From an uncultured Candidatus Berkelbacteria bacterium (GTDB lineage Bacteria; Patescibacteriota; UBA1384; CAJBMM01), in NCBI GenBank assembly GCA_903954185.1, contig CAJBMM010000005.1, positions 1,768 to 65,767 on the forward strand: 64,000 bases of DNA. The letters are read 5' to 3'. Below the pieces are notes generated by a model, which saw only the letters and a list, made by a program, of their open reading frames with translations, was not told where the DNA came from and did not search any database. Positions 22,960 through 30,934 of this stretch are shown one piece after another. Position 1 is the stretch's first letter, and each line of letters begins with the position of its first letter. A program made the position numbers and the translations under genes.

Positions 22960-23889
22960 ATGTCTTTATCCACATCACAGCTGCAAGCCAAGCAAGCTAC
23001 ATTAATGCAACACATGCCTATGCCCAAAGAGGTGTTAAAGCATTTAAACGACTGGTATAAAATTGAGCTTTCATACACTTCTTGCGCTATAGAGGGCAGT
23101 GCCCTATCGCGCGCCGATTGTGCCCTGGCTATCGAAAAGCAACTAGCCTCTGGGGGTAAAAAAATATCCGATCATTTGCAAGTTATCGATAATGCCAAGG
23201 CTTGGGAGGTGGTACGCGATTTGGGCGCAAAAAAATCTGATCACGAAATTGACGCATCGGTAATCTCCACAGTTTATCGCCTACTTTCATCGCAGCCGTT
23301 AGATAAAGGTAAGCTCAACAATGTTTTAGCAAGCAAAACGAGTAACGATTTAGAGGCAATCATTAATTGTCATTTTCAATATCTATCACAAAAACCTTTT
23401 CCTGAGCAAAACGGACAAATGGCTCGCCTACTCTTGAACCTCTCTTTAATGCAGGCCGGTTTTACACCAGCAGTGATAGAGACTAGGGTTAAACCCCGCT
23501 ATATTAAGGCAATAGCAAACTATGCCGCAAGTCCAGCGCAGTTGCAGCAAATTATTTACTACGCTATTGCAAAATCTTTAGATATTTTTATTAAAACAGC
23601 TGAGAATGGCGTGAGTTCGCTTTCGCATACAAGTAAACAACCTGTTAAAATTGTGGCTAAGCAAGGTTTGTTAAAAATTGGTGAGTTGGCGGCCGTGGCT
23701 GGCGAAACGGTGCCAACAATTAGATTTTGGACCAAAGAGGGATTACTTGCTGTTCAAGAGCTTTCTCGTGGTGGATATCAACTTTACGATCATTTTCAAA
23801 TTGCCAAAGCGCAACAAATTAGGGCGTTGCAAAACGAACAAAAGTTAAGCATTAAAGAACTAAAAGCCAAGTTAGCTGGTAGCTTGTAG
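22960..23889 (+). CDS. Fic-family protein with degenerate active-site motif fused to a C-terminal MerR-type HTH
   Basis: Fic N-terminal motif SCAIEGSALS. Core motif reads KPFPEQNGQMARLL in place of the canonical HPFxDGNGRxxRLL (His to Lys, Gly to Gln, Arg to Gln). C-terminus LKIGELAAVAGETVPTIRFWTKEGLL is a MerR HTH. Confidence 0.7.
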   Translation: MSLSTSQLQAKQATLMQHMPMPKEVLKHLNDWYKIELSYTSCAIEGSALSRADCALAIEKQLASGGKKISDHLQVIDNAKAWEVVRDLGAKKSDHEIDASVISTVYRLLSSQPLDKGKLNNVLASKTSNDLEAIINCHFQYLSQKPFPEQNGQMARLLLNLSLMQAGFTPAVIETRVKPRYIKAIANYAASPAQLQQIIYYAIAKSLDIFIKTAENGVSSLSHTSKQPVKIVAKQGLLKIGELAAVAGETVPTIRFWTKEGLLAVQELSRGGYQLYDHFQIAKAQQIRALQNEQKLSIKELKAKLAGSL

Positions 23890-23990
23890 CGAGTGTGTCG
23901 TAGGGGCATAACCCACGTGTCCGCCCAATTCATCAGTAGGAGGTTGTGCGATGAAGTTGTAGAGGTAATTTTTTGAATATATTATTTTTG

Positions 23991-24100
23991 CCAAGCTAAA
24001 GCTTGTTCTACGATTATTTGTAAAACAGACTTTAGTCTGGAACAAACCAAGCTAAAGCTTGTGCTACAAGACACCTTTCGTAGAGCACACTTTAGTGTGG
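23991..24100. repeat. dispersed repeat family B copy (ccaagctaaagcttgtNctac ... acagactttagtctgg ... cacactttagtgtgg)
   Basis: Matches 28600..28705, 26386..26565 and 10160..10370. Confidence 0.7.
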
Positions 24101-24441
24101 CTATTAACAAACTACAACTTGGATCCAGTGAGGTATTTGAGCTTGTGTATTCCAAATTCCAGATCTGCAGAGTATTTATCGTGTCATTCCTGCGAAGGCA
24201 GGAATCCAGTCTATCATAAATTTATTATGTAGATTCCTGCCTTCGCAGGAATGACAATGTGCAAAAATATTTAATTAGCAGTTCTATATTTTGCCACTTC
24301 CGTTACTTCTGCTACTTATTCTCTTTAGTCATTAGTCATTCGGATTTTTTGATTTCTGCCGTGCCGTCCGCTGTGCCATCCGTAGCTTTAGCGTAGGATT
24401 GGTAGCCTTGCGCGAAGGATCGGTAACTTTATTTACTTCTG

Positions 24442-24753
24442 CTATTCTGTCGCTTCTTCTTTCGCAGCGGGTTGGCTTGTTATCATATTTTGTCGCTTTT
24501 GCTGATAACATTCATCACACAAAATATCATTTGGGTTATTTGGTTTAAAACCAACTGTATCTTTTTTGCCACAAGCTTTACAAATTATTTCGGTTTGTTG
24601 CTCAATTTTGCGCTGTTTAATAGCATTGCGACATTCTTTGCATTTAGTTGGATCGTTCGAAAATCCTTTAGAAGCAAAAAACTCTTGCTCACGAGCGGTA
24701 AAAGCAAACTCTTTACCACAATTTTTACAGATTAATGTTCTATCGATAGACAT
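24442..24753 (-). CDS. zinc-ribbon protein with two CxxC...CxxC units (zf-trcl-like)
   Basis: CKNCGKEFAFTAREQEFFASKGFSNDPTKCKECR repeated as CKACGKK...CDECY. Confidence 0.55.
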   Translation of the reverse strand: MSIDRTLICKNCGKEFAFTAREQEFFASKGFSNDPTKCKECRNAIKQRKIEQQTEIICKACGKKDTVGFKPNNPNDILCDECYQQKRQNMITSQPAAKEEATE

Positions 24754-24826
24754 ATGTTCTCCTTTGTTGTTAAAAAATTATGTAAGGATAATCCCCTGTT
24801 TTCGCTACTTCCGCCCTTTCCCCCAT

Positions 24827-25675
24827 CTATCTGGCTGTCCGTAACCTTCTTTCTCTATCTTTAGCATCGTCTAACATCTCTTTATACTCGTTATTTTGTG
24901 GCTCTAAAGACCATGCTTTAGAAAAATTGCGCACCGCTTTGCTATATTGTCTTAGCGATAGATAACACCTGCCAATATCAGCTTGCCATTCAGCATTCTT
25001 ATCATCAAAATTTGATGCATCTTCATAAAACTTTACGGCTTCGTTATAATTCTCGCGTAAGTAAGAGATGTGCCCTAAAGAATTTAAAATATATCCATTA
25101 CCTGGTAAATATTTTAGTGCTTGTAAAAAAGCTTCTTCAGAATCGTTTAGCGCCATATTAGGCTGCCCTGTAATTTGAGCAACTTCTTTATGCACGGGCG
25201 AAGTTGCGCGGCGTAAAAATATTTGACCCAGTTTATAATAGGCAACAGCGCATTTTGGCTCTTCTGCCGCAATTTGTAAATACAATTTTTCCGCAGTATC
25301 TAACTGGTGCATATCAAAATGCTTCCGCGCTTCTTCCAAAGGTTGTACAAGCTTCGGAAATTTAAAACCAATCTCCTCTAGATTATCTCCTGGTTCTGCA
25401 AATTCGTTTGGTCGCACTATCTTCGGAGGATCGTTAAAAGCAAAATCGTCATCTATTGTCTTCTGGGGCAATTTAATGCTTGCTATTTTAGGAATTGCAA
25501 ACTTAAATTTTGGAATTTTTAACCAATTTATCTTCATCTCATCTCCATTAGCTGTTTCTGGAAATCTTCTAATTATTATGATAAAAACAACCGCAGCTGC
25601 TACTAGTATGATAATTTCATATATTCCCATGATCCCTCTTTTTTGAAACAACATTATTTGGCAATTCAGCGCCAT
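24827..25675 (-). CDS. membrane-anchored TPR-repeat protein
   Basis: N-terminal TM IIILVAAAVVFIIII, then TPR-like helices (AVAYYKLGQIF, AEWQADIGRCYLSLRQYSKAV). Probable start is Met-16 at about 25630. Confidence 0.6.
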   Translation of the reverse strand: MALNCQIMLFQKRGIMGIYEIIILVAAAVVFIIIIRRFPETANGDEMKINWLKIPKFKFAIPKIASIKLPQKTIDDDFAFNDPPKIVRPNEFAEPGDNLEEIGFKFPKLVQPLEEARKHFDMHQLDTAEKLYLQIAAEEPKCAVAYYKLGQIFLRRATSPVHKEVAQITGQPNMALNDSEEAFLQALKYLPGNGYILNSLGHISYLRENYNEAVKFYEDASNFDDKNAEWQADIGRCYLSLRQYSKAVRNFSKAWSLEPQNNEYKEMLDDAKDRERRLRTAR

Positions 25676-26312
25676 CTATTAAGTGAAGATAAGTAACTTC
25701 TAGCATTGCCTGCGCATTAATAGCGGTTGAGCTTAACATATTTCTCGCATCAATAATCCATCGCACTGGTTGAATATTTTTTCTGTCTATCAACTCACGC
25801 GTCCACTGATCTAGTAAGATGCCAGACTGGTTGCTTTCAACTATTTTTCCAATCTTCAAGCTCACTGTAGCAAAATCCTGAGCCTTATCAAGTGGTAATA
25901 AAATTTCGATAATATCTGCAACTTTTCTATTGCTCCATTCGCTGCAGCGAGAGCGTATTGTTGGTAGTATTTGCTTGGTTTTTGCAAACAACAATAGCCG
26001 CGTGCATTTTGGCACCTCTTCTAGTATTTTTAGCATTGCATTAGCCGCTGAATCACTACTATTATCAATAAATTTTATCACCGAAAGCCTAACCTTACCT
26101 TGCGACGGAAGGTGACGCGATATTTCTTCTATTTGCCTCGATTCTTCTATACTCAAAACACTCTCCTGGCCGACTTCTGCATAATCAAATTTAGATACAG
26201 CAAATTCAGTTATAGCTTGATTAATAATTTCTTCCCATGTGTTTTCTGGAGCAATAATTAAAAACGATTGTCCGGTGTGCCAAAATGTGTTAGGTGGGGT
26301 GTTGGATTTCAT
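25617..26312 (-). CDS. holB: DNA polymerase III delta-prime-like clamp-loader subunit lacking a canonical P-loop
   Basis: SDSAANAMLKILEEVPKCTRLLLFAKTKQILPTIRSRC matches the delta-prime (HolB) sensor region ...NALLKTLEEPP...TI.SRCQ. No Walker A was seen, as is common in delta-prime. Confidence 0.5.
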   Translation of the reverse strand: MKSNTPPNTFWHTGQSFLIIAPENTWEEIINQAITEFAVSKFDYAEVGQESVLSIEESRQIEEISRHLPSQGKVRLSVIKFIDNSSDSAANAMLKILEEVPKCTRLLLFAKTKQILPTIRSRCSEWSNRKVADIIEILLPLDKAQDFATVSLKIGKIVESNQSGILLDQWTRELIDRKNIQPVRWIIDARNMLSSTAINAQAMLEVTYLHLIDGAELPNNVVSKKRDHGNI

Positions 26313-26385
26313 AATTACACCCTTATATTGCAGAATTTATCAGAACTATGCAAGGCTAACGTAAATGAATTATAACCTCGCATAC

Positions 26386-26565
26386 CAGGCTTTAGTGTGA
26401 TGACAGCCAAGCTCCCCGTCCTTCACTAAAGTTACAGAGGGCAAGAGAGCTTGTACTACGGCAGACCTATTGTAGAACAGACTTTAGTCTGGCTTTGGAC
26501 AAGATCCCGTCCTTCGCATCCACCAGTTGGCCGGAGTTCCCAAGGGCAAGAGAGCTTGTAATACA
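26386..26565. repeat. dispersed repeat family B copy
   Basis: Contains ctttagtgtga, cccgtccttcactaaagttacagagggcaagagagcttgtactac and acagactttagtctgg modules shared with the 10.2 kb, 24.0 kb and 28.6 kb copies. Confidence 0.7.
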
Positions 26566-26602
26566 TCTAGGTTTTTCAACTCAAGATACAATAAATTATT
26601 GA

Positions 26603-27271
26603 TTAAATAATAGTAGCACGCACAATAAAGTTAGCTATGGCAATTAGTGGATTCATAACCATGCTCAAAACATTAATTGAACCGCCTGTAAAATTGCTTG
26701 AGAAAACAAGTGCAATAAGTAGAAATGGCCCAATTCGTTCGAACGATTCTTTTGCATCGCTTGCCAAAAAATAATTGAGAACTTTAGACCCATCTAAAGG
26801 TGGAATAGGGATGATGTTGAATACAGCTAAAATAATATTTATAGAAACTAAGGCATCTAAAAATAAATATCCCAGCGAGTGCGTTACATCAATTCCAAGC
26901 ATTATCATGATTCTAGCAGGTAAAAACAAAATTAATGCAGTAACAATATTAGAAATTGGACCAGCTAAAGCAATTTTTATCTCATCTGTATCGTGTTTTA
27001 ACGCATGATCATTATAAGGAACTGGCTTGCCAAAGCCAAAACCAGCTATTAGAAATAAAAATATTCCTAAGGGGTCTATATGCGCAAAAGGATTTAAGGT
27101 TAGCCGACCCATTAATTTTGCCGTGTCATCACCTAGACGAGTTGCCATCCATGCATGAGAAAATTCATGAATACCAATCGCCATTAAAATACCAAAAATA
27201 ATTCCAAGTATAACCGCAATTGCCATTGTGGGCTGATTAGTATATTGCTGCCAAATTGAAATTAATAACAA
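26603..27271 (-). CDS. site-2 protease family (peptidase M50) integral-membrane zinc metalloprotease
   Basis: HEFSHAW HExxH motif in the first TM region. Multiple TM helices. LDGS motif near the C-terminus. Confidence 0.75.
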   Translation of the reverse strand: MLLISIWQQYTNQPTMAIAVILGIIFGILMAIGIHEFSHAWMATRLGDDTAKLMGRLTLNPFAHIDPLGIFLFLIAGFGFGKPVPYNDHALKHDTDEIKIALAGPISNIVTALILFLPARIMIMLGIDVTHSLGYLFLDALVSINIILAVFNIIPIPPLDGSKVLNYFLASDAKESFERIGPFLLIALVFSSNFTGGSINVLSMVMNPLIAIANFIVRATII

Positions 27272-27422
27272 CTCACAACTCCTTTTTGCTTACTACTCAC
27301 TTCCAGCTACCCAATAAACTCTGTACTCTTGAATAATTCTCTAAAATAGTATAAAATAAATAAAGAATTGTTTCGCATGCATTAATCTTAATGAAAATAT
27401 ACCAATAGGTAAAGGAAAAAGA

Positions 27423-27584
27423 ATGTCTGTTTGCAGCCTCTGCTTAAAAACTCCAGCCGTAGCTAATAATGTACCAAAATCCGTGCATAAAACCAAGAGA
27501 TCAACAAAGCCAAATTTACAAAAAATAAGTGGCATTTTGGTATGCACTCGTTGCTCTAGAACTATTAAAAAATATCAAAGCTAG
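27423..27584 (+). CDS. rpmB: 50S ribosomal protein L28
   Basis: 53-aa product MSVCSLCLKTPAVANNVPKSVHKTKRSTKPNLQKISGILVCTRCSRTIKKYQS with L28-type Cys pairs and PNLQ motif. RBS AAAGGAAAAAG. Below the ORF-track length cut-off. Confidence 0.8.
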   Translation: MSVCSLCLKTPAVANNVPKSVHKTKRSTKPNLQKISGILVCTRCSRTIKKYQS

Positions 27585-27872
27585 TCGAATAGTCTCACTT
27601 GGACAGCCGATCGCCAGATCGTATCTATATATGTAGAATATTTAGATTCCGGATCACCCGTCCGAAAATGACATTTTGTAGGAACAGATTGCCGCGCTTT
27701 AGAACATTGGGTGTTCTTTCAATCGCAATGACATATAAAAAGATATTCCACAACTTAGCACATCTAGTCAGCCTATCGAACCTATTTTGACTTTTGAATT
27801 ATCTTTATATATCTTGCCAATTTTAAAGATAAACGCTATTATCCTTATCATAACTAATTTATAAGGAACTGA

Positions 27873-28589
27873 ATGAATATTACAATCGAGAATATTAAAT
27901 CTGCAACAGCTAAACTGCCCGTGGCAGTTTTTTGTATGGATGGACGCATGCGTCCGAATAACTCTGAATTAAGACCATTTATTGGATTAGCTGGCAGTGG
28001 CGTTTTGTGGGACGATGAATATGTTGCTCTTTTTGTACAAAAACTAAAAGATGCCAAAATTGACACCAGCTTAATTACTGTAACTTGGCACGAATTCTGC
28101 GGTGCTTGCAATGTTTTTAAATCAAAAAACCCAAACGATAATCGATCTCAGAATGAAATTGCCCAGTGGGGCGCTGAAAGATTAGCAACTGCGCTAGGTT
28201 CTGTAAAACCGATACTAAAAGTTGGTTGGAGTGAAAATTGCGATATCGCAGCTATGGGTAACCCCGATCATCATAGTGAACCCGCAATTATAATTGACGG
28301 TACAGGTAAATTGGATACTGAAAAAATTGATTTAGATAATGCATTTTTGCTTTCACATGCGTATGCTCCAGATGGTGATTGGATGCAACAAGAGTGCGAT
28401 ATTGCCTTAAATATTGCCATGGGTGAGCACGGCCCCGGAAAAGAACATTTTACTCAAAATCCAATGCCCGTTTATATTATCGGTAACGACAAAGAACAAG
28501 CCGAGCACAATCACGAAATTTTATCTCATGTTTTCGAAAACCACAAGACACAAATTAATCCGATAAAACTTGCAATCTCCGCGAAGTAA
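27873..28589 (+). CDS. hypothetical protein with beta-carbonic-anhydrase-like CxDxR ... HxxCG motif pair
   Basis: VFCMDGRM at residue ~20 and WHEFCGAC about 52 residues later reproduce the spacing of the beta-CA zinc-ligand motifs (CxDxR ... HxxCG). The rest is not recognisable. Confidence 0.3.
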   Translation: MNITIENIKSATAKLPVAVFCMDGRMRPNNSELRPFIGLAGSGVLWDDEYVALFVQKLKDAKIDTSLITVTWHEFCGACNVFKSKNPNDNRSQNEIAQWGAERLATALGSVKPILKVGWSENCDIAAMGNPDHHSEPAIIIDGTGKLDTEKIDLDNAFLLSHAYAPDGDWMQQECDIALNIAMGEHGPGKEHFTQNPMPVYIIGNDKEQAEHNHEILSHVFENHKTQINPIKLAISAK

Positions 28590-28599
28590 AAACTTCATA

Positions 28600-28705
28600 G
28601 ACCAGAATTTAGCCTGATTATAACCAAGCTAAAGCTTGTACTACAGCAGACCCCGTAGAACAGACTTTAGTCTAGTAAGACCAAGCTAAAGCTTGTGCTA
28701 CAACG
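28600..28705. repeat. dispersed repeat family B copy (two ccaagctaaagcttgtRctaca units flanking acagactttagtcta)
   Basis: Direct comparison with 23991..24100. Confidence 0.7.
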
Positions 28706-28793
28706 AAATATTTTCACGCTCATTTGACCTAATTTGAAACATTGAGCAATATATATCTAAAATTATTCCGAAAAATTGTATCTTCGCACCTTA

Positions 28794-28958
28794 TTGACAT
28801 GAAACTACCATATATAGTATTATTATTAATGCCCTGTTAGTGAGGACATTCCTGTGCTCGTTAAATATAGGGGGCATAACAGGTCAATTCGCGTCTCCAC
28901 GTATAAGCAGACGCCATAGACGTTCACCTGAAATTGGGAGCTAGTTAGCTCCCTTTTT
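28794..28958 (+). ncRNA. candidate small RNA (~130 nt) with sigma70-like promoter and intrinsic terminator; family not recognised
   Basis: TTGACA at 28794..28799, 18-nt spacer, TATTAT at 28818..28823. Three predicted hairpins, including gcgtct...agacgc. Terminal GGGAGCT-agtt-AGCTCCC followed by TTTTT (28936..28958). No ORF. Confidence 0.3.
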
Positions 28959-29127
28959 CATTGCAAAAAATCAATCGCCTCACCCCCCTGAGGCGATAAA
29001 AATATTGTTGAATGCATAACCTTCACACGATTTAGTGAAAAGTTAAAAGTTAAAAAGTAATGGAATAAATTTATAATAATATTTCCAAAAACTATTCACT
29101 TTGCACTGCTCACTTTTCACTTATATT

Positions 29128-29652
29128 TTACTCACGGCAACAATCAATAGCATGTTTTACCATAGCACCCAGTTTGGCAAATACACCCGTTTTCTTAGTG
29201 TCTTTAACATCTAGCTGATCTTCTTGTACCGCCTCAACGCCACCCATATCTATAACATTTAAATTAAGCCCCCAAAATAATGAGTACAAATTATACGCCT
29301 TCTCAAACATATCGTGAGCTTCTTTTTTGCGCCCAAGCCCTTGCTGTTTTGTGCCAACTTCTATTAAGCGCATGCTGGCAGAAAGTAAATGCTTAGAAAT
29401 ACACCAAACTTCGCCTTCGTAATCTTTAACAATTTTTTTAAGCAGATCTTTGCGCATCTCACGAACTTCGCCTAACATATCAAAATACTTTGGTTTACCA
29501 GTTTTAGCCCCAGTAAAAAAGAAGTGCTCTTCGATACTGATTAAATTCATGATAGCTATCGATAAATCTTCGTCCGAAGATAAATCTAGCTCACCCTTTT
29601 TGCCTTTTGCTACTTTTTCCAACAATTCATTTACTTCTCTATCATCAGTCAT
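29128..29652 (-). CDS. hypothetical protein (174 aa, charged, C-terminal CC pair)
   Basis: ORF with reasonable codon usage. No recognisable motif. Confidence 0.4.
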   Translation of the reverse strand: MTDDREVNELLEKVAKGKKGELDLSSDEDLSIAIMNLISIEEHFFFTGAKTGKPKYFDMLGEVREMRKDLLKKIVKDYEGEVWCISKHLLSASMRLIEVGTKQQGLGRKKEAHDMFEKAYNLYSLFWGLNLNVIDMGGVEAVQEDQLDVKDTKKTGVFAKLGAMVKHAIDCCRE

Positions 29653-29880
29653 AGATTCTCCTTAATGTGTCATTCCTGCGTAGGTCGTTCGATTGCACTC
29701 AGACCCTGAGCCTGTCGAAAGGGCAGGAATCTATCTAATACGTTTTGATTATTATGCATCCATCTTCGCACACCTCCGATATGCTTACCCCGCTAAGCGG
29801 GGGTCTACATCGCAGGGGCGCTTCATTCATTTATAAAACAGATATTCCAAAACTTTTAACTTTGCACATTTCACTTTTAA

Positions 29881-30393
29881 CTATCTTGTTACAAAGTACA
29901 TTGCTGCACTGGCAATAATCAACGATGATAGTGGTATTACCACACGCTGAAAATCAAAATACGATTTACCGCCATGTCGTTTTTTTAGAAAATTATGTAA
30001 CAAAACGGCAAAAATAAATGTGGCTATACCTAAAAGTGATCCAAATAATAATTTATCAATTCCTACAATTTTATTTAATGGATGGCCAATTAAATCTTTC
30101 CAGTACATTGGACCGACAATAATTAAAAAATACAAAACTGTCATGATTAAATTAGACATTGGAAAAGTAATTTTCTTTTTTGCTAACCAATTTACCGTCC
30201 ACATAGCCGATGAAATAATTAACGCACCAATCCAAACACCAGCGACGGTATCATCTACCCCTAAATAGCGAGATAGTCCAACACCCGCAGCTACTGCCAC
30301 AGTACAAACTGGACACATGGCATATGCGTGAGCCGTACTAGTAAAAAAGCTAACGATAAGTATTGGTAGTCCGAATAATATTTTTTTCAACAT
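29881..30393 (-). CDS. hypothetical integral membrane protein with signal peptide and CPVC motif
   Basis: Signal peptide ending AHAYA. CPVC immediately after. Three further TM helices. Confidence 0.4.
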   Translation of the reverse strand: MLKKILFGLPILIVSFFTSTAHAYAMCPVCTVAVAAGVGLSRYLGVDDTVAGVWIGALIISSAMWTVNWLAKKKITFPMSNLIMTVLYFLIIVGPMYWKDLIGHPLNKIVGIDKLLFGSLLGIATFIFAVLLHNFLKKRHGGKSYFDFQRVVIPLSSLIIASAAMYFVTR

Positions 30394-30454
30394 TCCTCCT
30401 AAATTTATTGATAGCTCATTGTATCAGCAAAAGATACAATTTCAAAATATAATA

Positions 30455-30531
30455 TGGTCGGAGTGGTGGGGATTGAACCCACGACCCCTGGACCCCCAGC
30501 CCAGTGCGCTACCACTACGCTACACTCCGAC
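30455..30531 (-). tRNA. tRNA-Pro (anticodon GGG)
   Basis: GTCGGAGTGTAGCGTAGTGGTAGCGCACTGGGCTGGGGGTCCAGGGGTCGTGGGTTCAATCCCCACCACTCCGACCA. Anticodon loop CTGGGGG with G37. Confidence 0.8.
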
Positions 30532-30934
30532 TATCCTTTGCTCCTATCGGCTACAAACTGCAAGCTGCTAACTATCGTTTTTGTCTCCTTAAGCAGATCG
30601 GTCCATTAGGCTCCTAGTCACCCAAGTGGTGATCCGCACGCGCTAACCACGGTCAGCGCAAATATAGGAATACCTAATTAAAAGTAAGAAGCAATGAACA
30701 GATAAGTTAAGGAGACGATTTTAAATTATCACAGTTTGAGGCGAAATTCAAAAATGCAAATGTCAAATCATAAAAATCTTAAAATTCAGAAATCCCTACA
30801 TATATATGCTCGGGCAATCATAAAGCCAACCGACAAAAGGCTACTGCAAACTACTCACCGCAAACTACAAACCAGCGTATCCTTTGACTAAATTCTAATT
30901 CATTCGTAATATAAGAATAGGCTTCGAAATAATT

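Noticed and set aside
30532-30680. Possible SRP RNA or tmRNA fragment next to tRNA-Pro (GC-richer stretch ggtgatccgcacgcgctaaccacggtcagcgc; ORF-like gctgctaactat reminiscent of a tmRNA tag end)
   Set aside because: - No SRP domain IV (GGAA tetraloop / AGCAG symmetric loop) was found.
- No tRNA-like acceptor or T-arm of tmRNA was found.
- No resume-codon context was found.
- The region is left unassigned.
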